Assembly (NCBI GenBank): GCA_963667785.2
Contig: CAXXMU010000006.1
Span: 448,001 to 512,000 of the forward strand
Origin: Alphaproteobacteria bacterium
Lineage (GTDB): Bacteria > Pseudomonadota > Alphaproteobacteria > UBA828
Reading direction: 5' to 3'
Length of the DNA stretch: 64,000 nucleotides
The notes beneath the pieces were generated by a model. The model did not search any database. It saw only the letters and a program-made list of their open reading frames with translations, and was not told the origin of the DNA. The position numbers were made by a program, and so were the translations under genes. The stretch's first letter is position 1. Each line of letters opens with the position of its first letter. Of this stretch, positions 41,549 through 50,302 are shown one piece after another.

Positions 41549-42438
41549 GCCGCCGCCACCGTGAGCGTGCGCGCCTTGGGCGCGACGCTGTTCGCGCCGG
41601 CGATGCTGGCGACCACGGCGGGCACCGCGCCCGTCTTGAGCACGATCGCGGCGGCCTCGACCTGGGCTGGATCGACGACGGCGCCGGCGATCAGCTCCGG
41701 CGTGAGCGCGCCGCCGAGCCTGTCGACGTCGCGGGTGAGGCCGGCCAGCCCCTCGCGGGCGGCGGCCAGCACCGCCGCCGAGTCCGGCTCGGTGCGGATG
41801 GTGAGCGTCACGGCGATGTCGTAGGCGATGCGCGTGCAGGCCGAGACCGTCACCACGTCGGTCTGCTGACGGGCCTCCTTGGCGGTGACGGCGCCCGTCA
41901 CGGCCGTGAGCAGCGCCTGCGTCGGGATGCCGTCGGCGTAGACCGGGTCGCCGTCGGCGTCCAGCAGGGCCTCGTTGGCCAGGATGTAGATCGTGATGTC
42001 GCCCGGAGCGGGCGAGGTCACCCTGGCGTCGGCGACGCCGACCACCCCGCGCGCCACGGATTCGTACCACGGGCCGGAAAGGCCGACCGCGTAGCGCTCG
42101 GTCGCCGCCGCCAGGCGCAGGCGGTAGGCGTCGTCGCCCTCGCCCTCCAGGCGCTCGAGGCCGTAGTAGCTCGCCCCGATATGGTCCAGGTTCTCGCCGG
42201 CGGCATAGGCGAGCGACGCCTGCGCGAGCGAATCCGCGATGCCCTGGCGGATCATGGCCTCGCGCGAGGCGAGGAGGCGGCTCACCCTCCAGGCCGGATC
42301 GGAGCCGTCGGCGGTGAGCGTCCAGTCGTAATTGGCGGCGAGCCAGGCGAGCATCTCCCCGTGCACCGCGTCGAGGCTCTTCAGCAGCCCCGGCACTTCC
42401 GGCCGGGAGAGCCGGCTCAGGTCGACGCCGGCGGTCAT
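41545..42438 (-). CDS. Baseplate J-like protein
   Basis: DLSRL, AYAAGENLDHIGA, EGDDAYRLR, VTSPAPG, TDVVTV. Confidence 0.88.
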   Translation of the reverse strand: MTAGVDLSRLSRPEVPGLLKSLDAVHGEMLAWLAANYDWTLTADGSDPAWRVSRLLASREAMIRQGIADSLAQASLAYAAGENLDHIGASYYGLERLEGEGDDAYRLRLAAATERYAVGLSGPWYESVARGVVGVADARVTSPAPGDITIYILANEALLDADGDPVYADGIPTQALLTAVTGAVTAKEARQQTDVVTVSACTRIAYDIAVTLTIRTEPDSAAVLAAAREGLAGLTRDVDRLGGALTPELIAGAVVDPAQVEAAAIVLKTGAVPAVVASIAGANSVAPKARTLTVAAA

Positions 42439-43502
42439 TCGTCCGCCTCCGGCGCCCACACCAGGCCGCCGGCCGCCCCGTCGAGCCCCGCGATCGCGAC
42501 GAGCGGCGCGGCCTCCCCGCTCACGCGGTCGAGCTCGTAGAGCATGGCGCCGCCGCGCATCATCAGCAGGCGGTGCGGGGCCCAGGCCAGCTCCCCGCCG
42601 CCGTCCAGGTCCTGGCCGAAGCGGTAGGCCTCGCCGGCCCTGATCGCCTGCCCGGTATCGACGTCGAGCCGGTGCAGGGCGTCGTTGATGCCGCCCACCA
42701 TCCACAGGCGCCAGCCGTCCCAGGCGGCGCCGTCCGGCTGGTGCTCGCCGACGCCGAAGCGGTCGATGGCGTGGACGCGCGCGGCCTCGGCCGAGCTCCG
42801 GTCGAGCGCCCAGAGGGCGTCGGTGTCGTCGCCCAGCATCAGCAGGCGCCAGGAGGCCCACGCCATCGCCTCGGGCCGGCTCTCGCCGATCCCGAAGTTG
42901 TCCGGCCCGGGAATCCTCTCCGCCACCCCGGTGGCCCGGTCGACCGCGTAGAGCCTGCCGGGGAGCCGGACGGTCATCCACAGGATGCGCCCGTCCCAGG
43001 CGAGCGCGGTGGGCATGACGGGGGCGCCCAGGCCGTAGTCGAGCGCGCTCCCCACCCGCGCGGCGGCGCCGGTCGCGGGATCGATCGTGTGGAGGCCGAC
43101 GGGGGTCGCGGTGTAGAGCGTGCTGGCCGGAGGGCGCGGCGCCGCGAGGGCCTGGCGCAGCCCGAATTCGCCCCCGCTGCCGTCCGGCGCGATCCAGTCG
43201 GCGAACACCTCCACCTCGGCGAGATCGCCGCCGTCCGGGTCCCGGTGCAGGCGCACCTCCCGCAGGGCGATGTCGCCGAGCCCGTTGGGCGCGTGGGCGA
43301 CCGTGTCGGCGACGGCGGCGTAGACCCGGGTCTCGAAGTCGCCGTCCATGTTCAGGTCGATCAGGTCGTCGAGGCGGGAGCCGTAGTCGCGCAGCCAGGG
43401 ATAGGTGCCGCGGCGGATGCGGAGCGCGTCGCCCAGGCGCTGCCGGGCGCTCTCCGCGCCGTCCAGGATGCGGGAGCCGTCGCGGCTCATGACCCGTGTC
43501 AC
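42435..43502 (-). CDS. gpW/gp25-like baseplate wedge protein fused to beta-propeller repeats
   Basis: QRLGDALRIRRGTYPWLRDYGSRLDDLID followed by repeated LY.[VL]DR.TG.A...FG.GE..P..AW blades. Confidence 0.75.
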   Translation of the reverse strand: MTRVMSRDGSRILDGAESARQRLGDALRIRRGTYPWLRDYGSRLDDLIDLNMDGDFETRVYAAVADTVAHAPNGLGDIALREVRLHRDPDGGDLAEVEVFADWIAPDGSGGEFGLRQALAAPRPPASTLYTATPVGLHTIDPATGAAARVGSALDYGLGAPVMPTALAWDGRILWMTVRLPGRLYAVDRATGVAERIPGPDNFGIGESRPEAMAWASWRLLMLGDDTDALWALDRSSAEAARVHAIDRFGVGEHQPDGAAWDGWRLWMVGGINDALHRLDVDTGQAIRAGEAYRFGQDLDGGGELAWAPHRLLMMRGGAMLYELDRVSGEAAPLVAIAGLDGAAGGLVWAPEADE

Positions 43503-43504
43503 GG

Positions 43505-43801
43505 TCAGCCTCCCGCCGTCACGTCGGGGCTGCCCTGGGCGACGCTGGTGCAGCCGGTGATGCCGTCTCCCACGCGGCCGACCCCCTTGCCGTTCACCGT
43601 GACGCTGCCGCTGCCCGCCGCGATCGCCGCCGCGTGGCCGGGGCAGGGCGGGATGTTGGGCGGCCGCTTGTGCGGCGTGTTGAGATCGCCCTGGCGCGAG
43701 ACCGCCTTGCCGTTCACGGTCACGTTCGCGCTCCCCTGCGCCCGCGTCATGCCGGAGCAATGGGGCACGTCCGCGTCGCCCACGCGCGTCACCGCCGGCA
43801 T
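43505..43801 (-). CDS. PAAR spike-tip protein
   Basis: MPAVTRVGD, VTVNGKAVSRQGD, VNGKGVGRVGD, His/Cys ligands. Confidence 0.9.
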   Translation of the reverse strand: MPAVTRVGDADVPHCSGMTRAQGSANVTVNGKAVSRQGDLNTPHKRPPNIPPCPGHAAAIAAGSGSVTVNGKGVGRVGDGITGCTSVAQGSPDVTAGG

Positions 43802-43995
43802 CGGGAGAGCGCCTCCTGGAGCCGGCCGTTGAAGGTCGCCATCAGCGCGTGGTCCTCGGCCGTGTGCGGCGGCTCGGGGTAGTCCGGCACGAAGGCGACG
43901 AGCCGGTCCATCTCCGCCGGCAGGTCGTCCCAGTGGGTGCCGTGGCGGAGCCGGCCCTCGGTATCGACCCAGCTGTAGCGGCCCTGGCCATTCAA
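43789..43995 (-). CDS. Small PAAR-associated protein
   Basis: 68 aa with FVPDYPEPPHTAEDH; overlaps both gpV and PAAR genes. Confidence 0.65.
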   Translation of the reverse strand: MNGQGRYSWVDTEGRLRHGTHWDDLPAEMDRLVAFVPDYPEPPHTAEDHALMATFNGRLQEALSRCRR

Positions 43996-44411
43996 TCGTT
44001 CAGCCCTATGTGCGGCGCGCTCAACAGGATGTCGGCGTCGGTCATCACGATGGACGACCGGCCGACCGAGGCCATGAACCTGGCGCCCGCGGCCGAGGGT
44101 GGCGCGAACGCGTCGCTGTAGAGCGCCGGCAGGACGAAGGCCGAGAAGTCCTCGCCGCCGGGCGAGAGCATGGCGCAGCGCTCGCCGACCGCGACGGGCG
44201 ACCAGATGCGGATGCCGCCCGCCGCCGGCACCAGGACCGGCAGCGGATCGGTGAGGACCTCCTCGCCGTCCTCGCCGGGGCCGATGTCGAGGCGGACGCG
44301 GTAGGGATCGAGCGTCACCTCGGCCGCGACGCCGACCCTGAAGAGGGCGTTCACCCGCCGTTCAAGGGCCGATAAACGCAGCAGCACCTCCTGGTAGGAG
44401 CCCTCATCCAT
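43992..44411 (-). CDS. Short gpV-like baseplate spike protein
   Basis: LERRVNALFRVG, RIWSPVAVGERCAMLSPGG, LPALYSDAF. Confidence 0.85.
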   Translation of the reverse strand: MDEGSYQEVLLRLSALERRVNALFRVGVAAEVTLDPYRVRLDIGPGEDGEEVLTDPLPVLVPAAGGIRIWSPVAVGERCAMLSPGGEDFSAFVLPALYSDAFAPPSAAGARFMASVGRSSIVMTDADILLSAPHIGLND

Positions 44412-44964
44412 CGGTCCACACCACCTCCCCGGGGAGGCACCCGCCCTGGCCCCGCACGCTCTCCGGGAGCCGGGGCGCCGGAGGGGCGGCCGCGAGCTCG
44501 ACCGTCCGCCGGCCCAGCAGGGCGAAGGCGCTCATGCCGGCCTCGTAGAGCGTCTTCGCGTAGAGGTTGGTGCCCCGGATGGGGTCCTCCACTGCGGCGT
44601 CGATCAGCAGCGGAAGGGCGGCGGCGGCCAGCTCGAGGACGTCGCGCGCCCGCTGCGACGCGGAGGGATCGTCCGAGACGAAGGTGAGCGCCACGTCGAC
44701 GCGGACTTGGAGGCACGGGGGCGGCGGCTCGTCGCCGCGCTGCAGCTGGCGCGGAGGGAACGCCGGCCGGCCCCGGTCGACCAGCTCGAAGGCGGTGGCC
44801 GAGACCAGCGCCGCCGGCGCGCGGAAGGACATGCGCCGGGGCGAGGCCAGCACGTCCCAGGCGCCGTCCCAGACCTCGACCGTATGCAGCGTGTCCAGGG
44901 GCGCGGCCGTGGCATCGCGCAGCCGGGCGGCGATCTGCCGCTCCAGGACGTCGCCCACGCTCAT
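44404..44964 (-). CDS. Putative tail terminator / Mu gp37-like protein
   Basis: Position after gp36 and gpG; APAALVS and NLYAK pattern. Confidence 0.5.
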   Translation of the reverse strand: MSVGDVLERQIAARLRDATAAPLDTLHTVEVWDGAWDVLASPRRMSFRAPAALVSATAFELVDRGRPAFPPRQLQRGDEPPPPCLQVRVDVALTFVSDDPSASQRARDVLELAAAALPLLIDAAVEDPIRGTNLYAKTLYEAGMSAFALLGRRTVELAAAPPAPRLPESVRGQGGCLPGEVVWTDG

Positions 44965-45467
44965 CCGCCGCCGCTCCCCAGGGCCTGGTCGAGCCACGCC
45001 TCCAGGACGTCCTCGGCCATGCGCACCTCGTCCGCACCCCAGCCGAGATAGGGCCGCGCCGGAATGGTGACGGACTGCGCGGTGACCGTTTCCTCGCCCA
45101 GCATGAACCGCAGCGCGTCCGCCTGTTTCGGCACGATGGTCCCGCCGAGCTGATGGATGCGGGCGTATATGAGGTTGGAGCCCCACGCGGCCGAGTCCGC
45201 CGCCGCCTCGCTCGCGAGGGAATCGACCAGGCCGCCCTCGCGGTTGAGCATCGGGGCGGGGTTGACGTAGGCCGGGTTGCGCGCGGGCCAGTCGCTGCCG
45301 TCCGGCGCGGGGCCGCCTGCAGCGAGCCGCGCCCGCGTGGCGCTCTCGCCGGCGGCCGCGAGCGCCTCCATCAGCGGGGCCGTGGGCGCCGCGGCGGCCG
45401 CCCGCAGGCGGCGCGCGAGCGCCGTGACCTCGCCGGCGTCGATCGTGACGGAGGCGCCCCGCGCCAT
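44961..45467 (-). CDS. Virion morphogenesis protein (Mu gpG / P2 S-like)
   Basis: PDGSDWP, GSNLIYARIHQLGG, IPARPYLG. Confidence 0.9.
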   Translation of the reverse strand: MARGASVTIDAGEVTALARRLRAAAAAPTAPLMEALAAAGESATRARLAAGGPAPDGSDWPARNPAYVNPAPMLNREGGLVDSLASEAAADSAAWGSNLIYARIHQLGGTIVPKQADALRFMLGEETVTAQSVTIPARPYLGWGADEVRMAEDVLEAWLDQALGSGGG

Positions 45468-45916
45468 CAGACGATCCCGCGGGTGTCGCGGCGGCGGAAG
45501 ATGCGCTCCGCCGGCGCGCTCACCACCGCGCGGCCGTGGGTGGTGCGCTCGTTCGGGGTGCCGTCCCCGTCGAGATCGGCGCCGATCTGCAGCTTGCCGC
45601 TCGCGAGTCCGTCCACGATCTTCCGCGCCTCCACGGCGCGGTTCTCGATCAGCTCCGTCCACGCGGTGGCGTCGACGAGCTCCAGATGCACGAGGCGCGC
45701 CACGGCGCGGCTGAGGAACGCCGGCACGTCGTCGAGGGGGATGCCGTAGCGGGTCCGGAGCTGCGCGTCGACCATGTCGGAGACGGCGCCGATCGCGGTC
45801 GAGACCGTGGCGGCGTCGTACCCCTTCGCGTCGTCGGGATTCGGCGCGGCGACGACCAGGCTCCTCTCGCCGATGATGGCCGCGAGCCGCTCCGGTGTGA
45901 GGTAGACGGTGCCCAC
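45467..45916 (-). CDS. Mu gp36-like head-tail adaptor (DUF1320)
   Basis: YLTPERL, VDAQLRTRYGIPLDDVP, LASGKLQIG. Confidence 0.82.
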   Translation of the reverse strand: MGTVYLTPERLAAIIGERSLVVAAPNPDDAKGYDAATVSTAIGAVSDMVDAQLRTRYGIPLDDVPAFLSRAVARLVHLELVDATAWTELIENRAVEARKIVDGLASGKLQIGADLDGDGTPNERTTHGRAVVSAPAERIFRRRDTRGIV

Positions 45917-45927
45917 GGCGGCACCGG

Positions 45928-46227
45928 TCAGCGGCGCTTGGCTCGCGTCTTCGCGGGAGCGGCCCTGGCGGCCTCCTGGGCCTCCTGGGCGGCCTGCGCC
46001 TCCTCCTGGGCCTCCTGGGCGGCCTGCGCCTCCTCCTGGGCCTCCGGGGCGGCCTGCGCCTCCTCCCGGGCCTCCGGGGCGGCCTCCTCCACCGTCACGC
46101 GGGCGTCTCCGGAGAGCAGCCGGAGGGTGTCCGCGTCCAGCTCCCGCTCGATCCCGCCGGGCGGGATGTGCAGGCCGCAGGTATCGACGGCGGCGGGGCC
46201 GGCGGGAGCGACGCGCCAGCGCGTCAT
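45928..46227 (-). CDS. Hypothetical protein with EAQEEAQAA repeats (gp35 position)
   Basis: Coupled ORF between capsid region and gp36. Confidence 0.6.
   Translation of the reverse strand: MTRWRVAPAGPAAVDTCGLHIPPGGIERELDADTLRLLSGDARVTVEEAAPEAREEAQAAPEAQEEAQAAQEAQEEAQAAQEAQEAARAAPAKTRAKRR
45971..46090. repeat. 30-bp coding tandem repeat, about 3.5 copies
   Basis: Unit CCTCCTGGGCGGCCTGCGCCTCCTCCTGGG with variants. Confidence 0.85.
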
Positions 46228-46577
46228 TGCGACAGCAGCTCCCGCGCCTCGTCGCGCCAGGCGCGGACGGCGTCGGCGTCCTTCTTCACGATCCCGCCGA
46301 GGGCGGGCAGCGCCTCGTCGGGGACGCCGGCCAGGCGCTCGAGGTCGGCCACGCCCGCCTCGCGCATGGCGGCGGCCGTCTTCGGGCCGATCCCGTTCAC
46401 GCGCTCGAGGGCGGCGTCGTCGCCCTCCTCGGCGTGGCGGGCGGCGCCGAGGGAGTGCAGCTGCGCGGCGATCTCCTCCGGGGCCTCGAAGATCGCGCCG
46501 GGAACGTGGACCGCCCCGTCGAATGCGACGTTGGTGACCGCGACGAGGCGGCGGCTCTCGGGGGCTTTGTCCGTCAT
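46224..46577 (-). CDS. Helix-hairpin-helix domain protein
   Basis: LERVNGIGPKTAAAMREAGVADLERLA. Confidence 0.75.
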   Translation of the reverse strand: MTDKAPESRRLVAVTNVAFDGAVHVPGAIFEAPEEIAAQLHSLGAARHAEEGDDAALERVNGIGPKTAAAMREAGVADLERLAGVPDEALPALGGIVKKDADAVRAWRDEARELLSQ

Positions 46578-47551
46578 CAGGCGATGGCCGCCTTGATCAG
46601 GTAGCCGGCGTCCTTGCCGACCACCTCGTTGGTCCACTCCTCCGTCACCGGGTAGAGCCAGGAGTTCTTGTCCCGGTCGTAGTAGGCCTGCTCGACCATC
46701 GGCGTGCCGGAGAGGTTGTAGCCATAGCCGTAGGAGGGCTCGTAGCGGGAGATCGAGCCGACCGCGGAGTAGGCGATCACCACGTCCTTGCCCCAGACGT
46801 CGCTGGGGCTGTCGTCGTCGTCGACGTAGATCGCGTCGCCGACGAAGACGCGCTCGATGTCCCAGAGCCGCGCCAGGTCGTCCCTGGTCGCGATCTGCTT
46901 GCCGCCGTCGTAGCGGATCTGCTGCAGCACCTCCTTGTGCGTGCGGATCTTCGAGTAGACGGCGCCGCCCATGACGACCGTGTTCGGCCGCATGCCCGTC
47001 GCCGAGCGGATCGCCTCGACGGCGGTCATGACGTTGGCGGTGGGCGTCGAGTTCCCGTCGCTCCACTGGCTGTTGCCGGCGAGCGTGACCACGTGGGTCG
47101 CGTCGTAGGTGGCGGACGCGGTGGCGAGCTCGGCCGCCTGGATCTCGCGCTCGAGCCCGATGATGTTCTGCACGCCGGTCACCGTGCGCATGCCCATGTC
47201 GATCCCGGCGACCGTCATGGCCTCCTCGGCCGTCTCCACCGGCACCTTCCCCATCAGCCGGTGCTGGGTGAGGGCGAACTTCTTGCCCTCATGGCCGAAC
47301 TGGATGTCCTGGGTGGTGGCGCCCGGCGCGCGGCGGGTGTTGACCTTGCGGAAGTCGGTGCGGTCGAACTCGATCCGCACGCCGCCGCGGGCGCTCGTGG
47401 TGACCTGGGGGAAGAGGGCGCGGTAGACGAGCTGGGCGTTCACGTAGCCCCGCGCGGCCGTGGTCAGGATCGGGTCGATGACCCGCGCGGCCGGGTTCGA
47501 GAGCTGCTGCCCGTCGGCTGCGTTCAGGGCGATGTGCACGTCAGGGTCCAC
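46577..47551 (-). CDS. Major capsid protein
   Basis: About 324 aa; IDPILTTAARGY, RRAPG, GMRPN, YEPSYGYGY; follows protease and cement genes. Confidence 0.85.
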   Translation of the reverse strand: MDPDVHIALNAADGQQLSNPAARVIDPILTTAARGYVNAQLVYRALFPQVTTSARGGVRIEFDRTDFRKVNTRRAPGATTQDIQFGHEGKKFALTQHRLMGKVPVETAEEAMTVAGIDMGMRTVTGVQNIIGLEREIQAAELATASATYDATHVVTLAGNSQWSDGNSTPTANVMTAVEAIRSATGMRPNTVVMGGAVYSKIRTHKEVLQQIRYDGGKQIATRDDLARLWDIERVFVGDAIYVDDDDSPSDVWGKDVVIAYSAVGSISRYEPSYGYGYNLSGTPMVEQAYYDRDKNSWLYPVTEEWTNEVVGKDAGYLIKAAIA

Positions 47552-47553
47552 GA

Positions 47554-47931
47554 TCAGGGGCCTCCCGCCAGCAGGATGGGAACGATGTCGCCGGCCGCGG
47601 CGGCGGCGGCGAGGACGACGCCGGCGACGGGGTTGGCGCCGGCGGCGGCGACCGCCCGCCCCTGGGCGTCGGACTGCACTTTCTTCTCGCCGTCGGCGAG
47701 CGCGATCGCGGCGCCGGCCTCGACCAGGACGATGCCGGCCACGTCCACGGGGATCAGGTCGCCGTCGGTTGACGACTTGACGCGGCAGACGCCGAGCGGC
47801 CGCTTGCCCTCGACCGAGCGGGTGCCGTCCGCGAGGACGAAGCGGCGGAACTTGTCGGTGGCGCCGGAGGCCTCGGCCGTGACGGTGAGGAGCGGCTGCG
47901 ACGTTACCGTGTCGGCGACGATCCCGGACAT
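47554..47931 (-). CDS. Capsid cement/decoration protein (DUF2190-like)
   Basis: GIVLVEAGAAI...SDAQGRAV...AAAAGDIVPILL. Confidence 0.75.
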   Translation of the reverse strand: MSGIVADTVTSQPLLTVTAEASGATDKFRRFVLADGTRSVEGKRPLGVCRVKSSTDGDLIPVDVAGIVLVEAGAAIALADGEKKVQSDAQGRAVAAAGANPVAGVVLAAAAAAGDIVPILLAGGP

Positions 47932-47934
47932 GGC

Positions 47935-48915
47935 TCAGTGCCCCATCGCGCCGAAGTGGAGCACCGCGTCGCGGTAGCTCACACCGTTCTGGCGCGCGTA
48001 GTCGGCGATCTTCTGGTGGAGCGAGAGCCGCTCCGCCTCGGGCGGCTGCGTTCCCGCCGGGGCCGGGAAGGTCGCGTTCGCGCCGGCGCCGGCGTTCGGC
48101 GCGCCGGCCGGCCCGACCCGCGTGCCCAGCGTCTTGAGCGCGTCGGCGTCGAGGCCGCCTGCGCCCCCGCCGCCGGGCGCCGCCTCGGCCGAGGCCGCGA
48201 TCAGCTTCTCGAAGGCGTTCAGCCCGGCATCGATGCCGTCCCTGTGCGACTTGATCGTCTCGATGTGGGCGTCCTTGGCGGCCGCCGGGATCTTCCCGTC
48301 GGCCGCCGCCGCCTCGACGGCCCGCGTCGCCGCGTTCAGCGCCCGCTCGTCTGCCGCCTTCTCGCGCGCCTCGAGCGCCTTCTCGCGCTCGCCCGCGTCC
48401 GGGGCGCCCTCTGCGCCCGGGCCGGCGCTGTGGATGGTGGGCGCCGGCAGGTTGAAGTTGGGGTCGTTCACGAAAGCGACCGACGAGAGGCCGGTGACCT
48501 CCATGTCGGTGCGGTGCAGGAGCGCCGGCGACAGGTAGCGGTAGGACCCGGACCGCAGGTTCATCGCCGCCCAGGCGTTCAGGTCGAGGTCCGCATCGAT
48601 GCCGCCCCGCGCGTTGGGGCGCGCGTTCTTCAGCCACCCGTCGGCCGCCGTGCTGCCGGAGAAGGTGGGCGAGCTGCGCTCGCTCCGGTGGTCGAAGTCG
48701 AGGCGTGGCGTCACCTGCTGGGCGTTGATCCGCGCCGCGAGCGCGGCCGTGTCCACGATCCGGTAGCGCCGGCCGTCGCGGCCCTGGATGATGCCGTCTC
48801 CGTTGGGAGGTGGAATCACCTCGGTGGTGAGGGGTGCCGCGTCGTCGCCAGCCATCGCCGCCAGGTTCAACGCGAGCACGAGGGGAGAGAGGGCGACTTG
48901 AGCTTCCGGGTCCAT
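47935..48915 (-). CDS. Mu gpI-like prohead protease/scaffold
   Basis: GRDGR, DFDHRS, AADGW, YRYLSP, FVNDPN. Confidence 0.88.
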   Translation of the reverse strand: MDPEAQVALSPLVLALNLAAMAGDDAAPLTTEVIPPPNGDGIIQGRDGRRYRIVDTAALAARINAQQVTPRLDFDHRSERSSPTFSGSTAADGWLKNARPNARGGIDADLDLNAWAAMNLRSGSYRYLSPALLHRTDMEVTGLSSVAFVNDPNFNLPAPTIHSAGPGAEGAPDAGEREKALEAREKAADERALNAATRAVEAAAADGKIPAAAKDAHIETIKSHRDGIDAGLNAFEKLIAASAEAAPGGGGAGGLDADALKTLGTRVGPAGAPNAGAGANATFPAPAGTQPPEAERLSLHQKIADYARQNGVSYRDAVLHFGAMGH

Positions 48916-48958
48916 GACGCCTACCGAGGTTGCGGGGTGCGCGAGTTCATGGGCGCAG

Positions 48959-48997
48959 AGCCTACACCGGGACCGGAAGGCGTTTTATTCCAAAACC
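48959..48997 (-). promoter_or_regulatory. Putative phage late promoter for the head operon
   Basis: Minus strand GGTTTTGGAATAAA-19 bp-TAGGCT; same motif and spacing at 56197-56235. Confidence 0.72.
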
Positions 48998-49173
48998 GAG
49001 AATGTTGACCGGAGGGCGCCGGCCCACCATGCTGGCCCCGTAGCGCCGGGCTCCGATGCCAGGAAACCGAGCCTCTTGAGCGGACCTGGACCGCACTGCG
49101 CGCTTCGGCGCGCGAACCGTTGGCATGCCAGTCGGGACAAGGCCTCGCGGGGTCGGGGTGCCCCGGCCCGGCG

Positions 49174-50301
49174 CTACGTCCTCTCGTGCATCGTCACCAC
49201 GGTGAGCCGCCCGTCCCGCTCCTGCGCCACCAGCCGGTAGCGCTTTCCGTCGACCGTCGCGTCCCAGCGCCAGCGGCCGGGCTTGCCGGCGGCGGCGGGC
49301 GCGCCGGCCGCGTCCATGATCCGCTGCGCCAGGAGCCAGGCGGCCGCCCTGAGCCTCTTGCCGCCATGCGGCTTGCGGGCGGCGAAGCCCTGCAGCGTCA
49401 GCAGCCGGCTCCGCACGCCCTCCGGGCGCGCCGGGAGCACGCCGATCGGCATGACCTCGCCCTTGCGGGGGTAGCGGACGAAGCGCTTGAACGAGCCGCC
49501 CGACATCAGCTCCCGGCTGTAGCGCCGTCCCCAGCGGCCGCCCTGGTCCGCGCCCATGTCGTCCAGCACCGAATCGAGGCGGTCGAGCCCGGCCTCGGAG
49601 ACGCCCTTCGCCCGCTCGTAGCCGGGGTTGGTGTCCCAGCCGGGGTCCATCCCGACCGGCACCTGGTGGACCTCGCCGGTCACGGGGTTGGTCCACTCGC
49701 GCGTGCGCAGCCTGGGCGCCTCGGTCGTGACCTTGCCCTCCTTCACCAGGCGGTCGCGCTCGGCCCGCGTGATCTGGCGGACCCGGCACTTGCAGCCCCA
49801 GCCGTTGGGCGGCATGGCGCGCCGCCAGAAGGGATGGTCGACCGGCAGGCAGGTTCCGGCCCAGGCCTCGTGCTCCGGACGGTGGTCCCGGCTCGGGCCG
49901 AGCTCGTAGAGCAGGAAGGGCATCAGCTGCTTGGTGCGCTGGATGCGGGTCCACTGGCCGGCCGCCCGCGAGGTGCGCATGTTGGCCTGGTAGATCCGCT
50001 TCAGTCGCGTCGGGATGTCGCCGCCGCGCGGCGCCTCGGCGATGTCGCGCGCCCAGCCGCGCCGCTCCAGGAAGGGCCGCAGGCGGGAGCGGAAAGTCTC
50101 CATGGTCTCGCCCGCCTCGAGCGCCTTCACCAGCTCCCGGTGCGTCTCCTGGATGAGGGAGAGGCGCGTCATCCGCGCCGCCGTGAACCCCACGGCATGC
50201 TCCTCGCGAAAGACGTCGGTCCAGTGGCGGCTGGTCTTGAGGCCCTTGCCGCGCAGGTAGCGGAGCGCCGCCTTCGGCAGAACCCCGAAGGGGCGGGCCA
50301 T
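49174..50301 (-). CDS. Mu gpF-like minor head protein
   Basis: RLKRIYQANMRTS, HRPEHEAW, PPNGWGCKCRV. Confidence 0.92.
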   Translation of the reverse strand: MARPFGVLPKAALRYLRGKGLKTSRHWTDVFREEHAVGFTAARMTRLSLIQETHRELVKALEAGETMETFRSRLRPFLERRGWARDIAEAPRGGDIPTRLKRIYQANMRTSRAAGQWTRIQRTKQLMPFLLYELGPSRDHRPEHEAWAGTCLPVDHPFWRRAMPPNGWGCKCRVRQITRAERDRLVKEGKVTTEAPRLRTREWTNPVTGEVHQVPVGMDPGWDTNPGYERAKGVSEAGLDRLDSVLDDMGADQGGRWGRRYSRELMSGGSFKRFVRYPRKGEVMPIGVLPARPEGVRSRLLTLQGFAARKPHGGKRLRAAAWLLAQRIMDAAGAPAAAGKPGRWRWDATVDGKRYRLVAQERDGRLTVVTMHERT

Positions 50302-50302
50302 C

